From Podarcis filfolensis (lineage: Eukaryota): DNA of 64,000 nt. The position numbers were made by a program, and so were the translations under genes. A model generated the notes under the pieces. The model had not been told where the DNA came from. It was given only the letters and a program-made list of their open reading frames with translations, and searched no databases. Position 1 is the stretch's first letter, and each line of letters begins with the position of its first letter. This document shows positions 1 to 12,450 of the stretch, piece by piece. Where the stretch lies: NCBI GenBank assembly GCA_964270895.1, contig OZ185440.1; one strand, 5' to 3'.

Positions 1-2480
1 TATTGTAAGCATGTAGTGGTATGTATTTTTGCTGTTGTGCCACGTTTAGGAGGAAAAGTAGCATACAAGTTAAAATAATAATAATACAAACAAAGCAAAT
101 ATGCATTCAAGATACCTCGGGGATGCACCAATAAAAGTGAAGGAGTAACATACCGCAAAATGCTATACGTGTTTACTCAGAAGTATATCCCATTGTTTTC
201 AGCAGGAATTACTCCCTAGTTTTCAGCATAGCAGCCTTACACTTCTATCAATAAGTATTATCCAACACCAATAGCAGGCCAACCTTGAATAGACTAAGGT
301 AGATAGAGAAATTCTGTAAGCTGTGAAACAAGGGAGCCACATCCCTGGAATTGGAGTAATCGATTCACAGGTTTGTCACACATACATGATTACAGAGTTG
401 GCAGACACTTACCAAGAAACAACTATTTTCATGTTACATAAGTAGTCCATGAAACTTCCATGGTTGCTTCCAGATGAGGTGCGCATTCATCCCAACTGGT
501 TTCCACAAAGTTTGTGAAAGATTACATGATGTCCAACCTTTATTGATCATTCATTCTTATTTGTTTGTGGGGATGTTACGCAACATCAGGTCAAACAATT
601 GTTATTCCACATTTTACAGTGCATTTCCCCATCACTTGTGACAAAAAAAGACTTGTATTTCCCCCCTCTCTGAAGTGGCTTCATTGCGCAAGAGCACCAC
701 ATCCACTTTAAATGTACAACTTGAACTTACTGATATGCACTTTAATCCCATCCACAAATTAGCAACAGACTGGAAGCACCCCATGCTAAGGTAATTTGGA
801 GGGTTGGTTCACATTTAACATCCAAACATGGCCTGGCATCAACAGGCTCTATGCTCAGGGTTGGCAGGCTGAGAGAAAACTTCAGCACTTCGTCTTCCAC
901 CTGCATGCTATGTTTTAATCCATTATTTCCACTTTTGTGTAAAATGTGGTTTACCACTGGGTGACAAACCAGAAAACTGTGGTTTGTATAACTCCTCCAA
1001 ACTAGTAGGAGAAATCATTGTTTGATCCTGATTTGCAATCCTAGTTTTGAGGTATTTTCCAATCCACAGTTCATGCTCATAGCTTTTTGGGTGCAACAAG
1101 TGTGGAATGATTTGGATTCTACATGGTCATGTTTGCATGTGACAGTAAGACAAAAACCTTAGCTTAAGAAACCAAACTGTGAGTTGTGTTCTGGTGCATG
1201 TATCCTGATCACTTCTGCTTTGCTCATCCCTCTTTGAGAAGGAATAGATTAATGAACCCAGGATTACCAAACCCAGGGTTGTGATTTATTTCTCCCTAAC
1301 AAACAAAAATCAGTCTTAAACCAAGTTCGTTGCTTGGTGGCAAATCCAGGCTTGTGCTGCAATATGTTTAATTCTTTATGGCAAAAAATTACTATGCAAG
1401 CTTGTCAGGAAATAACACAGATTACAAAATAGAGATTTGATTCTTCAAATAACTTATTCAAACTGATTTTTTTTCATTGCTAGTGATTCAAATCCTGATT
1501 TGAATCAATTATTTCAGTGAAGCCATCATGAATACATGTATAAATAATCAGCATATTAAGTCTCACCACGGGTTATTTTGATACTATGGGCCATACCCAA
1601 TGAAGTAGTTCTGACAACACAAGGTTGTGCAATAGAACTTCCCCTCCTTCTCCTCTTCCTGCAACCCCAATTTGTTCTAGGGTTTCCCTCAACCCTCCAG
1701 AGCAGATTTTGAGAGCGTGCAGGGACAGGAGGTACATAGGGAGAAAGAGGGGAAGTTCCATTGTGCGAGCAGAAATCTTTGCACTAGTAGAAGCACTTCA
1801 TATATATTTAATAGATCATCACATATCATAATGCCTTCAAACAAAGACAGTGATTCACAGAGGAACAGGCTGCATATCACATTTAGACATAAATATTTTT
1901 AACTGAGTAGGTTTTGTAGACACAAAAAGACAATACAGAAAGGACAAGGTCACTCCCCCACCCCCACCCTGCAAAACAAAACACTTATAAAACTCTACAG
2001 ATTAAGAAGGTACTGCTGGCTGAATATTTATTTTCTGTATAGACATTTCAGTTTTCCAACTGTCTACAGGGAAGAAGTTGATGGAGCATATAAACATTCC
2101 ATTTTGGCAAGCTTCTAGAATTGGTCTGACAACTATGAAAAAGCTCCTCACTTTCAGGTCATTTGCTTCCTTAAGAAGTATCTTCTGGCACTAAGCAGAG
2201 AATACACAAAGTACAAAAAAACCACAACTTCACTATGTCAGTCTACCACCACCATTAAGTTACATTTACATTAAACACAACACACTACACTTGATCTGAG
2301 AAGCAATTGATTGCAGACAAAAGGTAATCAAAGTTTTCTTGACATACATAATTGTCTTCATAGTGGACCTTAGTGATAATTTTTAACATGATGCCAATAT
2401 TATACTGAAAGTAAATTTGTTTTACATAGAATTTTAAATCATAATTGTTATTTGCAATTGTGGACATTACTTTACGGCTT

Positions 2481-3700
2481 GTGGTTGGCATCCATCTGTC
2501 TCGGAAGACAATGGAAGAGTGCGCCTTTAGGGGTGAAGTCAAACTACTGGAGAGTTACAGCGCCTGATGTAGCTGTAGAGACTGATATGGGAGAGGCATG
2601 TTTTACTGCAACTGGGGCAGATGAAGACATCCAGGTGTGCTGCTGCAGATGCACCAGGGTGTTTCTTCTCTCTGCACTCCTCCCAACAGTCATTCCTTCT
2701 CTGGTCACTGCTACAGATGCACGACTTGACTATCTCAAGGCACTGCAGTCATCTGCAAAGGATGTCCCACACAGCAAGACTGATATTGCCAGCCTTCATC
2801 TCACATTTGCAGACATCTTTGTAACACAGAGTCTGTCAAAGGGCCTGGTGCCTGAAGCCTGTTCCCTGTAGAGCACATCCTTGGGGAACCTGATCCTACC
2901 ATCTTTTATTCTGTGGACATGACCAAGCCAGCGTAGCTGTCCCTGAGACAAGAATGTGAGCATGCCAAGAATATGGGCTTCAGAGAGCACATTTTTGTTT
3001 GAGACTCTGTCCTGCAACGTGATGCCCAAAATCTTCCTGACGCAGTGCATGTGGGAGGCATTGGGGCATTGTTCCTGGCGGTTGTAAGTTGCCCATGACT
3101 CACTTCTCTAAAGCATACACAATACACAAGCCTGGTAGATCTCCATCTTGGTACTGGACATTTTCCCATACCCTTTTGGAGAGGCGAGCCATTGCTGTAG
3201 CTGCCTTGCCAATAAATACATGTGTTCAGCTCAGCATCAATGAGGAGGTTGCTGGTTATGGTGGAACCCAGGTAGACAAAATCATCTACCACCTCAAGCA
3301 TGTAGTCATCACTGCTGATGCTTGGAGTGCTGGCAACATCCTGACCCAGGAAGTTGGTCTTCATCAGGCTGATGGATAGGCCGAACTCCTTGCAGGCTTG
3401 GACAAAACAGCTGAGGAGTCTCTGTAGAGCTTCCACAGAGTGTGCTGTCAAGGCTGCGTTATCTGGAAACAACATCTCTTGGATAAGGATCCACCATACT
3501 TTTGTATTGGTTGAACAGACCCTTGTTGCTCCTTGAATGTAAGGAGACACCATCTTCAGTTGAGCTGAAGGTGTATGAGAGCACTGGGGAGAAGAATTTG
3601 CCAAAGAGAGTTGGGGCAAGAGCACAGCCCTGTTTCACGCTGTCATACTGTTTGGTGCTGCATTTGTTATCGTTGAAGGATATAATCATCTTGTGAAGCT
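2481..3700 (-). mobile_element. 5'-truncated, frameshifted RTE-clade LINE (reverse transcriptase C-terminal half plus 3' end)
   Basis: ORF fragments: VKQGCALAPTLFG; LFPDNAAL...CKEFGLSISLMKT; FVYLGSTI; LRWLGHVHRIKDGRI..PKDVLY. The 3' end reads CCATTGTCTTCCGAGACAGATGGATGCCAAC. Confidence 0.9.
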
Positions 3701-3900
3701 TATACAAAATAAACTTAAATCAAAAATTGAAAGTTCTGTATAAAAATTCCTGCAGAACACAATTTGTATCTTTATTCGATTGATCTCTACACTAAACCTC
3801 ATTCTCTTAATTCAAGGCAAGAATCCAATGGCTTAGCATGCAGAATAGGGTTTTTCAAAAACCTTTTAGCAGACCTCCATGCCATAGAAAACTACTTGCA

Positions 3901-4134
3901 ATTATTTATTTATTTATTTATACATACATACATACCCCGCCCATCTGGCTGAGTTTCCCCAGCCACTCTGGCGGCTCCCAGTCGAGTGCTAAAAACCATA
4001 CAGCATTAAATATTAAAAACTTCCCTAAACAGGGCTGCTTTCAGATGTCTTTTAAAAATAAGATAGCTGCTTATTTCCTTGACATCTGATGGGAGGGCGT
4101 TCCACAGGGCGGGCGCTACTACCGAGAAGGCCCT
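3901..4134 (-). mobile_element. L2-type LINE 3' end with (TATG)n/(AAAT)n tail
   Basis: Reverse complement of AGGGCCTTCTCGGTAGT...GGAACGCCCTCCCATCAGATGTC...CCAGATGGGCGGGGTAT; homologous to the copies at 18190-18870 and 62563-62873. Confidence 0.85.
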
Positions 4135-4563
4135 ACTTTTCAAACTACCCTCATTTTCAAACGTAGTTCACCATGTGACACAGGATTATGTTGTCAGGGG
4201 GCAGGGGACATAGCCCAAAACTTCCTTAGCTGTGCAGAACTAGTTATATGGTACTATGGTCAATGTCTCTTAGTTTGATGCAAGGTCAGTTCTTGCCCTA
4301 TTTGCTGTGGTCTCAAGGCATTCGAAGTGAATGTGTGATGAAAGCCACCATGTCCCATGTGCAAGCATTCCCCATAAATGTCTGAAGGGGCCTTATAACT
4401 GTGTTCAGCTGAACATTGTTAGAACAGGGCACAGGGCAAATTAGGGGTAGAATGCATGCGCCCGTGCCTCTGTCACACATTCTTCCCCACGCCATGCAGG
4501 GCTTCTGCCCCTCATAGCCTTCAAATATCTGGAATTCACTATTTGCTGGTATTTGTTATTGTT

Positions 4564-4845
4564 TAGGGTTGTCATGTGTCCTCTTTTTCCAGGACACATC
4601 CTCTTTTTCAGGGGTAAAATTTCTGTCTGGGCAGATTTTTAAAATTTGCCAAAATGTCTCTGGCTATACTTTCTGGATGAGACATAGACATAACTAGTGG
4701 CTGAAGACTTGCTTTCCTCTTCTCTTCTCCTGCCCCCCCCCCCAGCAATATATCACAGCTTCTATAGCCTGCATATATTTGGGGTATTTAAAATTAGAGT
4801 CATCATGGCATTCTCTTTTTTGCTCTTCAAAATATGGCAACCCTA
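4564..4845. mobile_element. hAT-type MITE (TIRs TAGGGTTG(T/C)CA ... TGGCAACCCTA)
   Basis: 11-bp terminal inverted repeats with one mismatch. The TSD is ambiguous because the flanks are low-complexity. Confidence 0.65.
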
Positions 4846-5654
4846 TTGTTATTTGTTAATGCTTTCTACTTTTTAACCTACTTTTATTAAATATTTTCTC
4901 TCAAATGTTTACAAATTAACTCTCTGCTATACAGATTTGCTACAGGAAGAAATCTTGTCTAGTCTTAATTGTACTTGTAGGCGCTGCAGTCATGATCCAA
5001 AAAGATGTAAAACAAATGAAGCAAGTCTTTGAAGAGCAGCACCTCTCATAATTTTATGCACACTGTGAGTAAGCTGTTCTGGGCACAGTGCAACTTCTGA
5101 GTAAATCTATGTGGCATAGGGGTCAGCTATCCTATAAAAATGGATTTTTAAAATCCACTGGGTGAGCAGAAACTCTAGGAAGCTGCTTGGATTTCATCTA
5201 TGTAGATAATAAATAATAAATTCAGATAGCCACATGAAGAGTTCCCTCTCTCTCTCTTTCATTACATACACCTATACACAAGCCATGGAGCAGTTTGCAT
5301 TTGCTCTCCAAAATATTAGAACAGCTAATATTTCAAAATAATTTAAAATTGTATTTATTAAGCAAACAACCAAAGGTCTCAATAAAATGACTCTTCACCC
5401 TGTTCTGTGTCATGCAAATCCCACAAGGTTTGAAAATGAGTGGAACATTATTACACTAGAAACAAAACAAGTGCCAACGAAAACACTTAAGTCCTTAACA
5501 GTCCCATTGCATAACCCTTAATTATGCTATCTTTTAACAGCTACTGCATCTTTACATGACTGTTACAAAGTTAATGCCAACAACACATTGCTTGTGTAAT
5601 TTCAAGCAAAAGAATATATAAGTTAGGAATGTGTTTCAAATCAATAAAACTCTC

Positions 5655-5655
5655 G

Positions 5656-5681
<26 letters not shown>
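5655..5681. repeat. (GT)n microsatellite
   Basis: Read directly from the sequence. Confidence 0.95.
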
Positions 5682-5686
<5 letters not shown>

Positions 5687-6689
5687 GGGCCATATTAGTT
5701 CATACGAAAATGAAAGGGGGGAAACCCCACAGTTGGGCAAGACTTTTATTAGTATCAACCAACAGATTTTGGCTGTACAAAATCTAACGTTTCCCACCAT
5801 TTTTAAACCTATTTCTGGAACCAATTCCAACTGATGTAAATACACATTGACACTGTGGTAAGCCATAAGCCATGACTTGCTGTGAATGAGCAGCATGCTA
5901 GCGCACACTGCTGCACTGCTCCTACCTTTGTTTCTCCCTCTCTGGAGCCAGGAGGAACAAACCATAAGCCTTGGTTTACCATGATATAGGAACCAGCACT
6001 TGTGGCTTTGTTTCTCTCCAAACTGTGTCACCCACACCGGAACACTATCGCTCTGACCCAAATTGACAATCTGAAATCAACAGTACATTGTACCAAAAGC
6101 TTTTTAGAATTTGGACTTGGAGCAGCAACTCATGAATGCAAATCCCTGCACAGCCATGATCAAACTTGCAGCAGTGGCCTAGGGTATGGCATCGCATACA
6201 CCAACCTACCTTGGTAGCTTGTTGTGATGATAAAAATGGGATAATCCCTGCCTATGCCACCAGGAGTTCCTTGGAGGAAGGCTAGGATGAAAATGTGGTA
6301 GATGTTGGGTCTTCCAACTGCATTACAGGAACTATGATAAACATGATGTGCAAAAATGCCATTGGTGCCAGATCATTAAGAGAGTTGTAGGTTACAGCTC
6401 TGGTGAGATTTGCAAAGGAAAACCTTACCAGCGTTCATTACAAGCTTCTCTTCGATTTATTTTTTTTCCAGGCTTTTTGTTTTAGTTTGCAGTCCTTGTC
6501 ATGAAAACTTTTGAGAGAACAAGACAAATAGCTCGTTTAAGGTGGCCAAACTACCAAGGAGCTGAAAGCATCTTTGCCTCTCTTTTTCCAAAGGACAAAA
6601 GGAGCTTCACTGACTTATAGACTGAAGAGATCTGAAACATAACCTAGGAAACTCTACAATGATTACAACTTGCAGCTGTAAATGTCAAC

Positions 6690-7920
6690 TCCGAGCGAGT
6701 TCCTCCTGTCCTCGGTGGTTCCGCTAAAACTGTTGCACGTCCCATTTGACAGACGACGAGGACAACAAGACTGACGCGGATGCGCAGTCTGGTCCGCGGC
6801 AGCGCAAACACAAGCCTGCCTCTATTGCCTGGCAAATCGTCTCCCAGCCAGTCGCAACACCTCACACGCTCTTCGCTTTCCCCTCTCTGCGCAAACTTCA
6901 GCAGGTCCTTCCTGCAGCATCCTTTATGCAGTGTAGTCGTGGCCATGTTTACTCCGAAGTAAGCCCTCCCTGGCTTCAACGAGACTTACTCGCTGGCCAA
7001 CCTGCCGTCCCAAGCACCCAGGAGGCACCCAAAGTTAACTGAAAGTAGCCCTACCCGACCAAAATAGTAACACCATATTAATACCAATACTAATAATACT
7101 AATAATAATAACAACAACGATTAAAGCTCCTGCGAGCTGTGGTGGCTATAGCGGTGTGGCGCACCAAGGCACCCACTGACGCTTGCGCTCCCCAACGCAG
7201 CCGGTGCCAAAAGACCCTCAGCCAGAGCTAGCCAGGCAGAAGAAGGAGAAAAGGAAAACACGTACCTTTGCTGTGGCGACCAGCTGGAATCTCGGCCGCT
7301 CTTTTCACGCAGGGGGGAAGAGAGAAGGGGGAAGGAAGAAGGAGAAACTGCACCCGCTCCTGTGAGGCGCGCGCCCTTTCCCCTCAAGCCCCACGCTCTT
7401 CACCCGGCTGGCAGTGGAACCATAGCTCCCTCTCCCTCTCCCCGCCTCCCCCCCAGCCCCCTTCGGCCTTTATCCCAGCCAGCCAGCCAGCCGGTCAGCT
7501 CGGCGTCGGCGCCGTCTGCAGAGGAGCCTTGAGGCTGGCGGGCGCGCGGCGCTGGTGAGGACAAGCAGCGGGCGGGAAAATGCTGCAGCTTCTCGCTCGC
7601 TACCTGTGCGGCTACTAGCACTCCCTGCTGGGGACGCGGGAAGCGCCGGCTGGCCAGAGGCTGGGGCCAGCGTCACGTGGCGCCCGGGTCTCTCGCTACC
7701 AGGACTTATAACGCTCCTTCAGCCGGTGCTGGTCGTGGGAACCTCGCTCGGCGTCTCCAGGGACGGCTTTGGCCACCCCACCCGGGCACCTTGCCGCCAA
7801 CACCTGCGCGGTTTCAGCGCCACCCAACGCCTCTGACCTTTCCCGCCACTTGGGCACTATATGCTCGTGACAGCAGCCCAAGTTGTATTCGGTGGAGAGC
7901 AGCCAGGGCTCCGCGCTAAG
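6690..7920 (-). promoter_or_regulatory. CpG island; probable promoter and non-coding first exon(s) of the next minus-strand gene (LEPR by synteny)
   Basis: Strong CpG/GC enrichment. On the minus strand: TATAAG (7710-7705); donors CAG|GTAGCG (7604|7603), AAG|GTACGT (7266|7265) and CGA|GTAAGT (6990|6989); acceptor TTTCAG| (7039|7038). E-box GTCACGTGG at 7672-7680. Gene identity is inferred only from synteny. Confidence 0.7.
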
Positions 7921-9177
7921 CTTTCAAAAAAGTTGTTGTCGTTTTCCAGAGCATAAATTAAGTACACATAATAGGAAGTTAAATTGCACAATACTTAGGA
8001 GCGTAAGGGGGGAAAGGACATTAGCAGTTTGGTACTATTCTTGGGGGACCTGGGCATTTCGTTTCTTAGAAATTTCGCACTGAGGACAAATGTCCACTAT
8101 AGGTTCACCACATAAACAAGAGTTCCATTTCCCCTAAAAAGCTGCCCCTGAGGTGACTGTAAGACATACACTACTGTGTTCCATATTACTTATTCTTTCA
8201 TTGGAAGTCGCCAAACTTTTAAACATAAAAACATAAATCTACACTGGTATTAAGGGACACAAAGAAAATACACAGCAGATAGCCAGGAATGGTGGATTAT
8301 TTGACTAATATTGCTTGCGGTGAGAATGAGGAGAGAAGCTGGGACTAGGGCCTATCAGAGGTCCAGTCCATTTCCATCTCTGGACACCCGGACTCACAAC
8401 AAAAACTAAAAATGAAGAGTCAACACACAAAAACAATGAAAGGCATTCCTCATTCAACAACCAAACGCTGCTTCCTCGATTGGTTAAGGTTCAGAGCAAA
8501 AAATAAAAATAATTGCCATGAATGTAAGTCTGAGAACTAAATAAACAGATTGAATGGGAGAACTTTGCATATTGTAAGCCCCTCGGATTCTCACTCCTAA
8601 TCCCACTTTCCCATTGAATTCTATAGGACTTAATTCTTAGTAAACATGGTTAGGGTTGCACTGCAGATTGCTGTGCAAGTGGCTTTTTTAAAAATATGAT
8701 GGGGGGGCAGCGCTTTTAAAAAAGAAAATCTAGACCTGCCTATGTATATGGTTATAATTTGTGTGCAATGCACACAATGCTATAACACACCTCTGTGTTT
8801 CCCTCATGTGTGCATAAATGCTTGCTTGTTTAGTGTCACATCCCATGGCATTTAGAAACTTGCACAGAGTGGTAGGAAATCCTCACAACTGGGACTTTGG
8901 CAGCACTTAATGCAGAGAGGTTTATAGCCAAGCTTTGCTCACGAGGCACCTTGGAAGAGGTCAATAAAGTTTTATTTGGAGTGAAAGATGTTAAAAAAGA
9001 ACAAGAGAAGAAGCCGCAGAAGCATGCACACTGTACTGCAGGCCTCAGCTCACACCTTCTTAGTACACAGACTATGAAAGAAACCGTGGCGTAGCACAAA
9101 ATAGCTGTCACCTTCAACAAAAACAGAAAAAGAAAAGGGACAGCAGTATGAAATTGTACTAATAATGATGAGTAATA

Positions 9178-9419
9178 CAGTGGTACCTCAGGTTACAGAT
9201 GCTTCAGGTTACAGACACTTCAGGTTACAGACTCTGCTAATCCAGAAATAGTACCTCGGGTTAAGAACTTTGCTTCAGGGTGAGAACAGAAATCGTGCGG
9301 CAGTGGCGCAGCGGCAGAGGGAGGCCCCATTAGCTAAAGTGGTACCTCAGGTTAAGAACAGTTTCAGGTTAAGAACGGACCTCCAGAATGAATTAAGTTC
9401 TTAACCCGAGGTACCACTG
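9178..9419 (+). mobile_element. Tc1/mariner-superfamily (Tigger/pogo-like) MITE with TA TSD
   Basis: TA|CAGTGGTACCTCAGGTTA ... TAACCCGAGGTACCACTG|TA; highly similar to the copy at 41893-42121. Confidence 0.9.
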
Positions 9420-10460
9420 TAATAGTAACGCTAATGGTATCAATGGTGTTTGTGCCTTTGCGCTGCAATCCCTAGACCTTGCTGGTGGCAAGCATCAGGG
9501 AACAGATCAGGATGATAATGATGCCTCTGCAATGCCCACCACAACTTTGGAACAATTCCTGCTACAGGGCAGGCAGCAGGAACAAGAAAAGGTTATCATA
9601 ACCCCATCCCCACCACTAATGTTCAGCAGAGGTCAATCTCAAGCAGTTGCTTCTTCCCCCACTCCTACATTTTTTAAAGTTCCTCCAGTAGCTGCCTGCT
9701 ACTTGCTCTGCATGGCTGGCAGGCAGCAAAGCAAACACTGCAGTCCCCAGGCTTCTTTCCTCCACACCCCTCCATTCTAACACACACGTTACAAAAAGTT
9801 TGTTTCTCAGGTAGTTGTTTGATGTAACCAGCATGGAGCAGAGCAAATACAGCAACCAACCAGCTGATCCCTGTACTTGTTCCATCACTTCCAGCCCTGC
9901 ATTTCCCTCCCAAGGTCAGATCAGTTGCCCACTGCCTGCTCCACAAGGTCAGCAAAGGAAACAGGAGCTGAATGTGCTCCAGTGCTTCTTCTTCCTCCCC
10001 TCTTTTTCAGAAAGCCCACAGAAAACATACCTTCTCCTATCCTCTTTTCCCCCTCCAAAAGCCCTTCCATGGACAAAATAAAGAGATGGACAGCCCTGGT
10101 GCTCCCAACACCCTCCAAATAAATAAATAAAATGGCTAGCAACCATCCTAATTGGTTGCTTGCCTTGCAAGTCTCTCCTGGCATAAAGTGCAGCTGCCTT
10201 GACTTGTCCTTCGCTCCAAAGAAGAGAGGAGTTGACACAACCAATTTCAGAGCAAGAACAGGCAGCAAAATAAATGCAGCAGCATATGGATTGACCTCTG
10301 TGCTTCATCTCTCCCAAAGCAAAGAGCTAAACAGGCCCTAGCACTGCTTCTCTCCCCTTCTCTTTTTATAAAGCTCAGGAAAAAAAGATTCAGATGGACA
10401 GAGAGGAGGTGTGCAGATCTGGTTCTTCATCCACCTGGACATCATCTCAAAAATGAAAAG

Positions 10461-10747
10461 GAGAGGAGGAGGAGGAGGAGGAGGAGGAGGAGGAGGAGGA
10501 GGAGGAGGAGTTTGGATTTGATATCCTGCTTTATCACTACCCTAAGGAGTCTCAAAGCGGCTAACATTCTCCTTTCCCTTCCTCCTCCACAACAAACACT
10601 CTGTGAGGTGAGTGGGGCTGAGAGACTTCAAAGAAGTGTGACTGGCCCAAGGTCACCCAGCAGCTGCAGGTGGAGGAGCGGAGATGCGAACCCGGTTACC
10701 CAGATTGCGAGTTTATCGCTCTTAACCACTACACCACACTGGCTCTC
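10461..10747 (-). mobile_element. tRNA-derived SINE with (CCT)n tail (resembles lacertid Squam3B; family name from memory)
   Basis: The minus-strand head GAGAGCCAGTGTGGTGTAGTGGTTAAGAGCG has A box, B box-like GGTTCGCAT, and body ACCTTGGGCCAGTCAC...GCTTTGAGACTCC. Tail is (GGA)n at 10464-10510 on the plus strand. Confidence 0.85.
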
Positions 10748-11229
10748 ATCTTCTCACCAACCATCTTCTCACCATGAACATCTTCAGTGACTCAGCCTTT
10801 CCTCCGGAGACGAAGGGGAGGCGTTAACATCACAGCCAACTGGACTACTTAATTTACTTTTTTACATTGTTATCTTTTTCTCTTCTTTTACATCGCTTAA
10901 CGTAACTCAACTTCTGCATGACTTGCTGGCAGAAGTGGATCAAGAGTTAATTAAACAAGATGTGATTACAGCGTCATTGAGGGGTGGTCCTATCTTGACA
11001 GTCAGTTGGTTTGAGCACTGGGAACTTTTTGTTAATAGCCAGTAAAAAGCCTAAATTTCATTGAGAAATTTAGTTACTTTTAGCTGAGTCATTAAAAATC
11101 GTTGTGCGTAAAGCAGTTCAGTCCCTTCAGGTCAATGGGACCTAGCCGTCGCATAAGGCAAGCATGCTCAGTATCATGTAAAGGGTAGAGGTAGGAACAA
11201 AATGGCAACTGAAGCAAAATACTTTGAGG

Positions 11230-11955
11230 AACTACATACAAAGTCAGAACAAGATCTTTTTTCAATTATATCATTAAAACTGGTAAGTCACAGTTTATAA
11301 TTTTCTTTGCAGAGAATTCTTAGATCAGACAAGCGATCTTGGGACATTGTTGACAGATAATACTTTATCCTTCTTTAGTTTAGAAAACGATATTTCGCCA
11401 GTAGAGTTTGTAACCATTAAACACAGGAACAATCTGAAAATAGTTTCTGCATTTGGAAAACCTGTCCAAATTTTCTCCTGGAATATTATTTGATACATAT
11501 ATCTTGGTAGCTAAAATTTTCATTTTCCGGGTGAGTTTGTTTGACATACGGTTGGGAGTGCAAGAGTTCACTGAGCAGACTAAGGTCAACATTCTTTGGA
11601 TATTCTTGCATTAACATGTCGCCACCATTGCGAATCTGTTGATAGCAGGTTCACCAAAAATGAAAAATTGCCAGCTGGACTCCTACAACCTGTTGCTTTT
11701 CTGTCTAGGTTGGCTTTAAGAGCATCCATGACAGGAATAAATGAATTTACCCTAAATTTGTCTCTCGGATAAATTTTGTCTAAAGGTGCCGTCCCATCAT
11801 TGGTTTTTTTCATATGACTTCTGATAGTTTTGTACTCTACATTCAATAGAGCAAATTTTGCTTGCTGTTCGGTTTCATCAATATTAGCAATAGTATGCTG
11901 GAAATATTTACACATATGCTCAATGAAATTTGTGAACTGTGGAGTGCCTTGCTAA
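11230..11955 (-). mobile_element. Decayed hAT transposase C-terminal region (dimerization domain)
   Basis: Frameshifted translation gives DKFRVNSFIPVMDALKANLDR ... FSFL ... VTNSTGEISFSKLK ... STMSQDRLSDL, matching the hAT motif T(x)ERSFSxLK...STMxQxRL. Confidence 0.75.
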
Positions 11956-11957
11956 CT

Positions 11958-12450
11958 TGTTAACAGACTACCTGTTCCATACAGTAAGGAAAAACCAAAT
12001 GCACAAATATAAGATGTGTGGGATGTAATCCACTGGGAGCAGTCAAATACAACATTCCTTGTTTTGCTAGAGTGGACATGCAAGGGAATGTTTGGTCCAG
12101 CCAGCTGAAACTTCCTGTTCCTCCTGGCCTGGAGCATACTCCCTTGCATGTGACTAGTGGGTGGTGGGCATGATCTTTCAAGACCTGGTAAAAGGACAAG
12201 GCATGCTGCCACTCTCTCTTTTCCATCTTCCTTTCATCCTGCGAGCTTCCCGGACTGCTAACTGCAGTCACTAGGTCAACCCACAGATGGGGTAAATCTG
12301 TTTGTATATTTAAGCCTTAAGCCTGCCTTCAGGGATCACACTGTGCTCTGCCTAATCATGAATAAACTTTCTTTTTATTGCTTATGAATAAGACTGTGGT
12401 GTCTTTATTCTTTTAGGAGGGATTCAAGGGGTCTTACCAGGAAAATATTA
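11958..12450 (+). mobile_element. Putative solo LTR abutting the hAT fossil
   Basis: Begins TGT; has a pyrimidine-rich R-like segment and AATAAA near 12361 followed by TCTTTATT...GGGG. The right boundary and TSD were not resolved. Confidence 0.4.

Noticed and set aside
409-450. Minus-strand donor CTTG|GTAAGT with upstream ATGs as a possible first LEPR coding exon
   Set aside because: There is no convincing acceptor, and the peptides (e.g. MDYLCNMKIVVS) are neither signal-peptide-like nor in the phase I recall for LEPR.
7121-8083. Cluster of overlapping 60-96 aa ORFs in the CpG island
   Set aside because: Low-complexity Ala/Arg/Pro/Gly ORFs on both strands are typical of stop-poor GC-rich DNA.
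10715-10747. tRNA genes at SINE heads (also 39021, 19710, 51227)
   Set aside because: The A/B boxes continue into SINE bodies and tails; there is no complete cloverleaf.
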